Source: Podarcis erhardii (taxonomy: Eukaryota). Taken from it: DNA of 64,000 nt. Made by a program: the position numbers and the translations under genes. The stretch lies in assembly GCA_964252035.1 (NCBI GenBank), contig OZ176207.1. The stretch is one strand, 5' to 3'. Numbering within the stretch: the stretch's first letter is position 1; each line of letters opens with the position of its first letter. Shown piece by piece: positions 50,326 through 62,357 of the stretch. The notes beneath the pieces are model-generated. The model saw nothing but the letters and a program-made list of their open reading frames with translations, was not told the DNA's origin and ran no database searches.

Positions 50326-51550
50326 ATGGGTAAATAGACAGCATAGTAAATCTGAAGATCACCATTTCTATGTTCTGTATATATAAAAAAAGGCAGATCA
50401 ATGTTTAAAGAAACTGGAAAGAAGTATGCTTATTTTCTTCTCTTTTGTAATTGGTTCGAGGTTAAGCTTTCCTTCTCTTACTTCCCGTAGGCATAGCAGA
50501 TTGCTTATATTTTCGTGTGGTGAAACCCTGGTTTCTATTCCTATGCACAAAGGGCTGTGTTTTGCTCATTTTGAAAGATTTGGTGGGGAGGGGGAGAGAA
50601 AGACAGAGAGGACGCATTGCTGGAAGAGAGAGCTAATTAATTGCTGGTTAACCAGATGTTTATCATGTAAGGGGTTTTCCACTACATATCAGAAGAGGGC
50701 TGTAAACTCCCTGCAGGTCGATGGGCTCTCATTTACAAATTGTGAATTTTCCCACAGGACTAAAAAGCTGTTTTTGAGGTATTGCTATTCCAGCTGACTT
50801 CAGTACAATTGGCTTAGCCTCATGCTATCATCACAACCACCAATGGCACTGCATGAATTTAGAATAGCCCTGGGATAAGTAGGTAAAATAAATATTGCTA
50901 GGAACCTACATAGGAATTGAAAGCAAATGCTGGGGAGGGAATCATGCCTTTGCGTTTTTGTTCAAAAGTGCTTCATCTTTAAACAACAACGGTAATGATA
51001 GTGATTAGTTAACAGTAGCACAGAAAACGTGCATTTAAAATTAACCTGACAGGGCATTTTGGTGTCACCCTGACTGATATGTACACAGTCCATTCTTTTA
51101 AAATTCAAGGGAGCTTATTTGAATTGTAAATTTGCAGTGTATTCACGTCCAGGTCTTATTGTGTGGTAGTGTGACAAATTACAAATGGAATATTGGCTGA
51201 GCTTCCCTCTCTTGAATTCCTTCTCTCCCCCTGCCCCTTCTTCTTTTCTGGTTTCTGCAACTATTATCATTAATCTGTTTTGCAGAAGCTCTATAGAGGA
51301 TGGTTCTGGACATGGAAAGTACATTAAGTTTCATTGTTGGCTTTAGCAGAACTCTGTGTGGCTTCCTTGACCTGTGACTTCTCTTATTGGTTGTAATTCA
51401 GTACAGTTGCTACTAGTTTTGTGCCCTGCTGTGTGTAGACTTAAGATCCCAGCATAGTTCAGACCTGACAGCTCATTTCATAAGATGTTAGCTTACAGAA
51501 GTTTGGCTGAATTGGGTGAAAACTATACCTTGAAGAAGTTGGGCGGAACA

Positions 51551-51596
<46 letters not shown>

Positions 51597-51597
51597 G
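51551..51597. repeat. (GTT)n microsatellite
   Basis: Directly visible. Confidence 0.95.
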
Positions 51598-51651
51598 CGT
51601 GTCGAGGTCCCCAAGCCACCCCCCAAATAACTCACAACGCACACTTAATTT

Positions 51652-52447
51652 TGTTTAAGGTTTTTGGCATAATTTTGGCCACAACTTTATTTAAATACAA
51701 AACCGTGAGTGGTTGTTTAGGCATTGGTTAAGACTATCTGTCCCCCCCCCCCCCGCCTGGGGAAAGAACTGACTTCCGGGCACCACCGAAAGACAGTGCG
51801 GGGGAAAGCAAGTCGGGGAGAAATGGAGCTGAGCCACAGACCCTCAATTCTCATCCGCATGCTTCCAGAAGGCTTGCCGGCCCTAGTCCCATTCCAGGGA
51901 TTGGACGAAAAGATAGCAAGCCCCAGGATTCCTTTAACGGAATTCCCTTTCCGCAGCAACCATGGAGGGGCAGGCCCAGCCTATCCTAACCCCTCCTCCA
52001 CTAATTTATAACCAATGCCTAACCGTAACCTTACAAGTTGTGACGATTTGCTACGCAGTAGGCAAAAACCAAATGGCCCAGCCAATCAGCCAGATGGACA
52101 AAATTCCTACCAGGCCCCTGCCCCAACGGCAGACAACCCCATGACAGGCATAGCAAGGTCAATGCAACAACCCCTTACTCAAGAGTGGGTGGGTGATCTG
52201 TTGCACGCAGCAAAGAGAAAGCTCCAGGCTGCGTGCCGAGTATTTAAACATTTTACCCCTCCCACCAAAATTGCAACATAACTTTTACCCCAGCAACCCA
52301 GTGAACCAATCACTGCCCCAGGCCATCTTTGGAGACCCTGCCTGGTAACAGAGGGGTGGCTCAGCAGACCCCATCGCAACACGTGCTCTCCATGAAGGAG
52401 AACACGCTTTGTTGAAAAAAGTCCTGACGTTTTCAAGGCCTTAAACA
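51652..52447 (-). mobile_element. Probable solo LTR (about 800 bp)
   Basis: TG...CA ends with a 9-bp inverted repeat TGTTTAAGG / CCTTAAACA and a near 6-bp TSD (TAATTT / TAATCT). It is GC-richer than the flanks, with AATAAA on the minus strand at 51686-51691. The left boundary is ambiguous (see findings). Confidence 0.55.
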
Positions 52448-52772
52448 TAATCTGATTGTGGGTTCTTGTACATAGTCTACTAGGTCACAGTAAATGTCTT
52501 TAGTCTTTAAGGAGCTACAGCACTCTGTGTTGTTTCTCGCGGCAACAGTGGCTACAGATAGCAAGAAGGGTGTTATATGCATGCCAGTCTTGCAATGGAC
52601 AAGAATATTAAGAGATGATTAAACAAAGGGATATCACATGTCAACAGTTGTTTTGCCTTGGAACAAGTCAAGATTTTGAAGTCTTATCCAGCAGCAAAAG
52701 CCGCCCCACAAAAACGGAGAAGAACTTACTATGGCACATTATACTTTTGCGTTTTTCCCTGGCAAAGACAGA

Positions 52773-52903
52773 ACCATTGGGCAGTGATGGAGGACTTCTG
52801 GCCTTCCAGTTGTTGTTTTACTTGGATCCCCCTCAGCTCCAGGCAGCATGGCCAGTGGTCAGTAGTTCAGCAACATCTGAAGCACTGCAGGTTCCCCATC
52901 TCT
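52773..52903. mobile_element. Small hAT MITE (decayed)
   Basis: cagtgatggaggacttctggccttccag...ggcagcatggccagtggtcag...aacatctg...aggttccccatctctg. Confidence 0.55.
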
Positions 52904-53253
52904 GCTATAGAAGATGAGATGCTCTTGCTTCATTGATTGTCCCAGGCAGGGTGGAAATTCAAAGAGATATTGGAGCACGCAGTGTTGAGGAGGAAGTCTC
53001 AGCATACTACAGAAATGAAAGCGCTGTGGCACATTACAATAGTAAGATCTGGATGAAAACCTCCACTAAACTGGGAGTTGTCTCGAACAAATTACTGGCT
53101 CTCATTTCAAACATGTAATACTTTACCGGCAATCCACTGGCATTTCACAGCAGATTATAAAAGGAGTGAGATAGACATGAATATTACAAGCAAAAGCAAT
53201 CAGAAAATTAAAGCAGTTGTCACAAGACATTGAAAGTTTATATACACTTACCT

Positions 53254-53580
53254 GGGTGGTGCTGTGGGTTAAACCACAGAGCCTAGGACTTGCTGATCAG
53301 AAGGCCGGCGGTTTGAATCCCCCGCAATGGGGTGAGATCCCGTTGCTCGGTCCTTGCTCCTGCCAACCTAGCAGTTCGAAAGCACGTCAAAGTGCAAGTA
53401 GATAAATAGGTACTGCTCCGGCGGGAAGGTAAACGGCGTTTCCGTGCGCTGCTCTGGTTCGCCAGAAGTGGCTTAGTCATGCTGGCCACATGACCCGGAA
53501 GCTGTACACCGGCTCCCTCGGCCAGTAAAGCGAGATGAGCGACTGAACCTAATGGTCAGGGGTCCCTTTACCTTTTACCT
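53254..53580 (+). mobile_element. Sauria SINE (Squam1) with short internal deletion
   Basis: High identity to the other two copies, but lacks about 23 nt after gagatgagc. TTACCTGGGTGG is duplicated at 53248-53259 and 53575-53586. Confidence 0.92.
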
Positions 53581-56500
53581 GGGTGGAAGTCCTATTTAGC
53601 TCCGTAGGATCGGCCTATGATTCCACTGTGCCATACTAGAAAAGGTGAACCCAGGTGCATTCCAAAGAAGCAGATGTGTCACTAAGGGTGATTTCCACTT
53701 GCTCTTAACTCCCTATTCAGTTGAGATATGTGAAGAGGGCTCCACACTTGAACGGCACGAATGGGTCTCGCATCTAATTGAAGGGGCAGTTTGGTCATAT
53801 CAGTAGCTCTGCCCCCACTTTTGCACAACTTCTGTACGCGCCCCAGATACCAGGAGGTGACTGTATTTGTACCATAACAGTTTTGTTGCTTGAATGTGCC
53901 CTCCTGTGGTCAGCTAAGAGCAGAGCCACCCCCCAGATGCTGAATGTAATATTATAATAATCCATAACCACCGTTAATACATCATGCTCTGTTTGGGATG
54001 CGAAATTTGCAATATATTTAACAATGGATGAAGGAGTGCAAAGGGCAGCTGCAATTCTTCTCATTGCTGTCTGCTTCCTCTGGCTTTTCATATCAATTTG
54101 CTTCAGTTTGTCCCTTCCAAAGGAAAGCCTTCTAGCACCAGACACTTCCTGATTGAGCTTGCAGCGACAAATTTATGCCAGCTCACTGTGGTTTTGCAAC
54201 GCGCTGTGTGAATCACAAAGGAAATAAGCTTCTAGCTATTTTAAGATTCCTTTTGTTGTATGTGTGTCCATTTGATTTTGGTAGGTTCTTTCATATTTCT
54301 CTTGGGCCGGGTACACAGTTGCTCACTCTTGATGCTCCCCCAACCTTCATGCTTTTCCGAGTGGCTTTGTACATGTATTCACACAGCTACCATGGAATTT
54401 ATGCTTCTGGGTTTGTAAACTTCCAAAATGGCACACACATTCAAAAGCAGCAAAATAGGTAATCACTTTTTACCTTAGGATATGCAAATATCTCAGGAAT
54501 GGATGCTGAGTATAACGCTAGTACGTTTTTAAGTCTTAAAATGTTTCCAACCTGCTTGTATTATGCAGAATATGTATTTTGGGTTCACATTCATTCTTCC
54601 CTACTTTAAATGAAGAAACACCAGGAAGTTTCCATTAGATTAAAGGACAAGTGTAGTGGCATGGTTGAACCAACTAATGCTTTAATCTGTGAGACCTTAA
54701 GTTCAAGTAGACTTGATTTCACATTTTACCAGGCTTCACCTCGTTGGTAGGGCTAATGTTCCATTCTGGTATTGAAAGCTGCCACGTGGAATATGGACTC
54801 TGCATGTGTTATTAAGAAGTCACTGAAAAGATGTAATGCCCCTGCTTTGGAGTAAGGAGGATTTGTAAAAGTAATCTGGTAACAATAGATATCCAAGGTG
54901 ATACAGGAGAACTAGAATGATAGTTCAGTGTCACTTGAGATGAAGTTTTATAGAAGAAAATGAATTTGGGTGAAGCTAATAATGTAGATGCCACTTAACA
55001 ACCATAAGGAATTTTGGAAGGGAAAAAAAAAAATACTAAAAGATGTGCAAACTAAGTAATTGCAACAGTCTGGTCTTCCATCCATTGCATGCAGGATAAT
55101 GGCTGTACACTCTTGTAGTAGTCCCTTATTCAGCATTTTAGTACCAAAATAACAAAATAAATGCAGTTTTCCTTCTTAATCCAAAACTGTTGCGCACTGC
55201 AACTGAAAATCAGGTAGAATTGGGAATGGTCAGATGAGTTTAATCCTGGTTGGTGCCACTTGGCATATATTCATTATAAAGTTCATTCCAGCCTACTTCT
55301 GCACTAATGTGTGTTATTATTTCTAAAAATCTACACTAAATTATCAAAAGAAAAAGAAAAAATCCTTATACTGTTACTAGGTGTTGAAAACCCCACCGTC
55401 AGCTGACATTAAGGATACCATAAACATCAGTACATCCATCTTAAGTTAAATACTGTATATAAATTAATATAGATCCTACAGATGTCCAAATAAGTTTCTA
55501 CATGAAATTGATGATCATATGAACTATGTTCAAACGTAGCCATCTCTTAGTGGCCATAAGGGCTCACAAAATCCATGTTTGTTGTTCTGCAGTTAATTGC
55601 AAGACTACAGGAATATAAATCTTCTGGTCACCTATATTTGTAGAAATTGGGCAAAAAGAGCCAAGTACACTCTGAAATTCCCAAAGCATTAAGAAACACA
55701 CATTGATTTCTGAAAATGATCCCATAATTATTTACCCAGTTTCATGATATTAGAAATTTGAGTAATTGTGGGTAACATTTTGTGATTACTGGCTTTGCTC
55801 TAATCATAAAATTGCATAAAGACACAAAGAGAGAGAATGTTGTCCTTTGGGTGGAATCTTGTCCTTTAGAGTTTGCAAAAGCTTCTACAAGGACATTGGT
55901 ATGTGGTTTTTATAGAGAGAAAAGAGATGAAATAACGAGAGCATTGGTTAATATACCAGGGCTCATTCCACTGTGGATTAAAAGTCAATTTTAAACACGC
56001 TGAAAAGAAATAAACAGTTGGGGTAGTAATTAAGTGTTGCCATTTTAAGTGGGAATTGGTTTTCACCCATTAGGAGGTCTGTCCTTGTCTTCAGCTTTTT
56101 GAAAGGCTGCTGCACATAATGAAAAGTTTAACTTGTCAAGTTTACATTTCAAGGTAGAGTCTGGAATATCAAACACTGCAAGTGATAATTACGAGCACCT
56201 GGAAATCATTTGTACCTGGGGGTCAAGCAAAGCATTTCCTATTTAACAGATAGGGTGTTTCAACCTGTTGATCAATGTAACAACAACTATTTGAAAAGAT
56301 CACAGTGACATAGTTAGCAGTGTCTTTGTTTGAATAAAGGGAACATCAAATATTATCTGTTGAATCACAGGGTCCCTGCTCCTTAGTTCATACTCGCCCC
56401 ACTTTTATTTCAGTGTGCCAAATTTTATTTCGTATCTCTGGAAAATACTGTGCAAAGCTGATTCACCAAAGGACACATTAAGAAACTTCACTTATCTAAG

Positions 56501-56806
56501 AGCCATTCTACCTATTACACGGAAATAGTTGTTAGATGTGCATTCAAAATCATTTTCTCCCATGGCAGTTTATGAAGTGGTCCAGAATTATTCTAGATCA
56601 CATGTATAACAGCGTCCTGTTAATTATATTTACAATATACACTTGTAGTGAAAGGGATTGAGAAATTATGTATGTGAAACCGTTTCTTTCATACGTGGGT
56701 AACAACCAGCTGTGGGATTGCCACAAAATACACATGCAGCTGGAATTTTGTCACTGCAGTGTTTTTTGGAAGCTAATGCAGCGCATTAGCTTTTGGAAGC
56801 TAATTA

Positions 56807-57147
56807 GGGACACGGGTGGCGCTGTGGGTTAAACCACAGAGCCTAGGACTTGCCGATCAAAAGGTCGGCGGTTCGAATCCCCGCGACGGGGTGAGCTCTT
56901 GTTTCTTGGTCCCTGCTCCTGCCAACCTAGCAGTTCGAAAGCACGTCAAAGTGCAAGTAGATAAATAGGTACCACTCCGGCGGGAAGGTAAACGGCGTTT
57001 CCGTGCGCTGCTCTGGTTCGCCAGAAGCGGCTTAGTCATGCTGGCCACATGACCCGGAAGCTGTCTGCGGACAAACGAGCGAGATGAGCGCCGCAACCCC
57101 AGAGTCGGTCACGACTGGACCTAATGGTCAGGGGTACCTTTACCTTT
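56807..57147 (+). mobile_element. Full-length Sauria SINE (Squam1)
   Basis: Starts gggacacgggtggcgctgtgggttaaacc and has an acctttacc tail. TSD TAATGCAGCGCA at 56774-56785 and 57150-57161. Confidence 0.93.
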
Positions 57148-57286
57148 TTTAATGCAGCGCAGAGCTAGGATACGTTGGATTTCAGATTTGTGTTTTGTTG
57201 TTTAGTATGGGCACTACAATTTTGATTTAGCGTTGGCCCCTTTTTAGACTCTCAGAATATAAGCAGTAACCTTTCTAGGCTTTAGA

Positions 57287-57390
57287 TTCAGGTAGGTAGC
57301 CGTGTTGGTCTGATTTGTCGAGTAGCACCTTAGAGACCAACTAAGTTTGTTCTTGGTATAAGCTTTCGTGTGCATGCACACTTCTTCAGA
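57287..57390 (-). mobile_element. Penelope-like terminal fragment with hammerhead core
   Basis: The minus strand reads CTGAAGA-A-GTGTGCATGCACAC-GAAA-GCTT-ATAC-caagaacaaacttagttggtctctaaggtgctact...cagaccaacacggctacc. Confidence 0.78.
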
Positions 57391-58097
57391 ACTTGATAGA
57401 CTTTCTAAGGAAAGCATATTTTGTACTGATTTTTGGACCTAACAAGCTTTGAGATGTTAGTTTCCTAATTAATCTGTATAAGTGTTATCTTAAGTTACCA
57501 GCCACGGGAAGAGAAAACGCAGATTATTCTAAACATTTCATTTAATGAAGATGGGTATTTTGAAACACATTTTTGTACACATACATAATTGCTCCCCTTT
57601 CCCAATTTTCTTTCCCCACTCCCCCAGTTCCCTGACTTTTGCTTTGTATTTGCTTATCAAACTAAACACTGAAGATTTAAGAGTTTCTGAAGAACCATAT
57701 GCTGTAACTGATTTCCCAAATCCATCTTCTCTTCTCTTTTTTTCTTCCTTTTCAAAAGAGGCTTGTTTGGGGGATGGGAAGAAGCAGAGGAAAGCCATGG
57801 ATATGATTGAAATTAGGAAGGATCTTTCTCTTATTTCATGATGTGAAGCATGTGTGGGCAAGGTTTTCATCTCTAGCAGTTATTTGCCCCATGCAAAGAA
57901 ACTTGAAATGAAAATAACCTTCCAAATTAAAATAGAATGTGAAGTCTCTTGCTTAAAATCACAGTCGCAAGGGTATCAAACTCATAGCATGCTGGACGAA
58001 TCTGATATTTAGAAAAATGTTTGTGTTACATCCTTCCTCTTTTTGCTGAAAGTCTCAAGATTCTTGCTTATCATTGAAACAGAAATTAAGGTTTCAG

Positions 58098-58241
58098 GCT
58101 CTTATCAGTGGAGCATAAGCTTCTTAATCTCAGCGTTGTGGGTTTGAGCCCTAGGTTGGGTAAAAGATTCCTGCATTGCAGGGGGTTAGATTAGACGACC
58201 CTCGTGGTACCGTCAAACCCTACAATTCTATGTATCTATGA
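58098..58241 (+). mobile_element. tRNA-Lys-derived SINE with CR1-type tail
   Basis: gagcataagcttcttaatctcagcgttgtgggtttgagccctaggttggg resembles tRNA-Lys(CTT), followed by attcctgcattgcagggggttag...tacaattctatg (CR1 3' end). Confidence 0.7.
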
Positions 58242-59474
58242 ATAACTCGGCTTGTAGACCCTCGGGCAAACATGGATCTTGCTTAACTTTGAGCATTGAG
58301 AAGGAAATAGTAGACCCTAATGAAGGTAAGGTGTTTGAAATGTTTCCTATTTTTCATGTACTCTTTGACCTGAACCTTCCTCATATTCTCACGGTAAACT
58401 CATTATCAGAGTAAAGTAGGATGGAGTCACAGGCTGCCATCCTGCTCAAGCTGTGTAAGAGTCTGCCCACTCCTATGTTTCTCCTGCCAGTGGGCAACAC
58501 CACTGAGGAGAGGAACACCAATAAGACCAGTTCAGTTGGTACAGTCTCCATGTGCAAAAATTAAATGGGTGTATATTGCAGTTGTCTCGATCCACTGCAG
58601 TCTTCTTCATTCCAACCAATATTCTCTTCATTCCAGCCATGTTGAAGTGGCTGCCATGAAATGTGTTCTGTACATGCTTAATGTTAAGTGCAATGTACTG
58701 GATATCTTCTTCAACTCTGCCGTTGCCCAAGATAATGAAGGGTGCATTGGTATTCCCAGTGCCGGAAAGATGATTGTGATCAGCAGACACACTTGGCTTG
58801 ACACGTCCTAAATTCAGTTGTGCAAGTGTCAACTATCGACATTTATTTCATGTTCTTAAGAATTTGATTGCTGATGTGTGCAGGTCAGCATTTTCAGCTT
58901 CACAGTTATCTTACTGTCTTTTCCCTTGAAGATCCTTTTCTAAGAGTTTCTGTAAAAACATTTACAACAACAAATACAACACAATATGGATAGTATCCTA
59001 TGTAACCCTATCAAATCTGGCTGAAGGGTTCAGGTCCATTGTATAAAACAAGGAGATAACTTCAAAAGCAAGGAATATGCTGTAGCGAGGGAAAAGCAGT
59101 CAACTGAGAGAACCTAAAGATCAAAGGCAGAATATCTGATTTTAATGATGCAGAACATATGGTTTGCCAAAACCTTTTGGATTAAAGCAAATAGCTAATG
59201 TAATCAAAGGGAACTGAGCCCTTTGTTTGGACCCAAAAGTAGAGTGTCAAAGAACAAGAGGCAAATGCTTTAATTTGTGCTTCATGCCTTTTTTCTTTTC
59301 TTTTTTGCATGTCACACATGGAAAAAAGAGCTTTAAAACAGAAACGCAGGGTGGGTAAAGTTGCTTGCTATGAAAAGCTAGCATGGCTTTCTGTAACTAT
59401 CATATTCCTTGTTGACAAACCAATATTAAATTTATCAATGGTGGGAAAGATGATGCCTGAGACAAGAAGGCCAG

Positions 59475-59522
<48 letters not shown>
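59475..59522. repeat. (AAT)n microsatellite
   Basis: Directly visible. Confidence 0.95.
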
Positions 59523-59525
<3 letters not shown>

Positions 59526-61474
59526 TTCATTGTTCGTTATTTTTGTAAACTACTTTGAGGGTTTTTGTTTTGTTTTCTACAATCAAGAGTTCTAAAAATT
59601 TTGTGAAATAAAATTAAATCATCATCACCCAGCATGGACTTTTCAACATGCACCTGATTTTTTAAAAATTAACAAGGGTGGGGAATAATCCAAAGGAAGA
59701 AAAGAAGGGGCAGTGAGGAGTAGTCGAAAAGAAGGAAGCAACAGTTAGGTTTGAAAATATGATTAAAAGTATATATTTGTATATGTATATAAGTTGTTTT
59801 GCTGTAGTCCAACCACAAGACTTTTCCATCCCAGATGGAACACAGGTGTTCATTTCCTGCAGCATTTGACCACAATTTGAGCTAACCTCTGAAACTGCCT
59901 GTGGATCAATGGTCTGACTCCAGAACTCTTGATCTTGTGAGGAAAAGACTGGTGTTAACCAGGGTAAGTGTGTTTGTTTTCTGTTGTGGCACCCACCATG
60001 TGGAATGCCTTGTTGAGCAAAATGCGTCAGGCCCCATCCTTATATTACTTCAGGCGGTTGGTGGAAAAGACCTTTGGCTGAATTATCTCTTGCTGTCTTT
60101 GTTCACTGTTTTGACAGCTGTTTGTCTTTCAGAATTCATGATTTTCTCCCCAGTTTCTCATGTTTGATTGGGGTTTAATTTGGGAATGGTTATTTGTCTT
60201 AAAACTGCTATTATCTGATTTCTTGGCCTCCTTGGGTTCATTTGGGAAATCAGGTCAGGTAGGTTTTAAAAAAATAAATAAATATGTAAAATGAGGCACT
60301 TCCCAATGTTCATATGGTAGAGAAGAGGTGCCAGTTTGTGAGAGCTGACGCATTCTACTGTGTCACTTGTATAGTTGGTATTTAATTATGTTGTTTGCAT
60401 TAGGGACTCCAGCTGGGTGCTTATATGTCTCAGGTACTGCCCCAAGAAAGCATAGATCTTCTCCCTCTCTTTTTATTTTTGCCCTGATAATTTTGAGTTG
60501 GTTTTTTGGTGCCAAATGGTGTGATCAACTGAGCTATAGAATTTAGCACTGAAATGCTGGATTAGAAACTGAATGGACCAGCCTAACCTTGAATCACATT
60601 TCTTTTAAATGTGACGCTTGCAGCAGGAATGTAAAATCACTGAAAAAATGTTTTTAAAAATAAAAATAAATCCTCCATGACCATTTATCACGAGTCTCGT
60701 GCTGATGCTGGTAGTCAGAATGTAAATATCCTGTGCAAGCAACTCTCATTCTGTATTTTGCTGTCTCAGTGCGAGATGAAGGAGTGGCATCTGAAACTCA
60801 TTAAACACCAAAAAACACCCTCCTCTCTACATCTTCAGAGTTATTCAACATCAGAAGGCTTCTTCTACTTCTGCTTTAAGCTAAACATGCGTGGAGGTAA
60901 AAAAACAAAGGGGCAAGACATAAATATCAAAGAGAACTTTAATAATGTATCATCACTACCCTTGCTTTATGATGTTTGAATAGATATGATTGCCTGGTCT
61001 TAGGTGGTGTGAGCTTTGTAGAAAGAAGCTCTTAAAGCTGTGCTGTGACAGACGTACCCTGGAGTAAGTGTGCATCAGCTGATCCATGATATTTATTTAT
61101 TGGCTGCATTTATATCTCACCTTTTCTTCAAAAGGCATGCTAACCTTTTCCACACCCAGCTGCTGTCGACACTTTTCTTAAGCTGTGCTGAAACAGCAGA
61201 ACGTTGTTTCATACGATGTTCCAGTTTTGAAAGTACCATACTGAATAGCTATTCAGTTTCCAGTGATGTTGGCTCACAATGTTGCATTGGACTTCACATA
61301 AAATTCTGTAGCCTGGGTCTTCTGGATTGAAGAGCCACTAAGTAATTATTCAGTCTTTAAATCACTGTGCAAATAATGTTTACATAGGGCAGAAGAACTT
61401 CCATTTTATAAATCTCCTGTTATCCAGATTATGTTCTCCAAACATTTGGCATATATGTCAGGATGCTTATAGAT

Positions 61475-61613
61475 GAGGGATGGAGGACTTGTGGCCCTCA
61501 AGATGCTGATGGACTCCAACTAATATCACCCCAGCTAGCATGGACAATGGTGAAGACTGATTGGGGAGGAGTAGGGCATCATCATCTAGAGAGCCAGTGG
61601 CTCCTCATCCATG
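61475..61613. mobile_element. Small hAT MITE (decayed)
   Basis: gagggatggaggacttgtggccctc-agatg...ggactccaact...catctagagagccagtggctcctcatccatg. Confidence 0.55.
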
Positions 61614-62106
61614 TTCTGACCAAGTCATTCCAACCTTCAGACCACAAAATAAAGATAAACTGTGCCTTTTCTGGTGCTGCTCTATGATAGTTCAGACTGT
61701 ACATCAGCATGAGTCAAAACAGCAGAATGCCCAGGTTTTGTTGTTTGAAACCTTGCTTCTTCTTGTTCCTTGGTAGGGGCAATTTCACATATTTTCAGTT
61801 GTGAAACCAGCTGTAAAAGAAGCTACATGTGCTATGGATAATACATAGCTGTGTTTTCTTAATTATTTTTTTTATTAGAACTGGATAAACAGCCATGAGC
61901 GATGCCATTGTACTGGTACACTTTGGAGAGGTGAAGATGCATTAGGTGTTCTCAAGGCAAATGCAAGCCTCCATATATATAGCTGCTTTGATTCTACCTC
62001 CAAAGACACCAGAACATTTTATGGAGATAGAAACTAACGTCTCAAACCATATGTAACTGATACATAGAAAAGACTTTACAACCTGAGAAAAGTGACAATG
62101 TATGTA

Positions 62107-62357
62107 CAGTTGTACCTTGGATCTCAAACGCCTTGGCTCCCGAAGAAATTGGCTCCCAAACAATTGAAACCCGAAAGTGAGTGTTCTGGTTTCTTAACGG
62201 TCTTTTGGAAGCTGAATGTCCGGCAGGGCTTCCGTAGTTTCCAAATGGCTGTGTGAGTTTCCTGCAGCCAATCTGAAGCCGTGCTTGGGTTTCCAAATGT
62301 TTTTGGAGTCAAACCGACTTCCAGAACAGATTCCGTTCGACTTCCAAGGTACGACTG
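62107..62357. mobile_element. TcMar (Tigger-like) MITE
   Basis: TIR CAGTTGTACCTTGGA / TCCAAGGTACGACTG with TA flanks. Confidence 0.87.

Noticed and set aside
58098-58180. tRNA-Lys gene
   Set aside because: The cloverleaf is degenerate and fused to a CR1-type tail, so it is a SINE head. The same applies to the 5S-like segment at about 45.9 kb.
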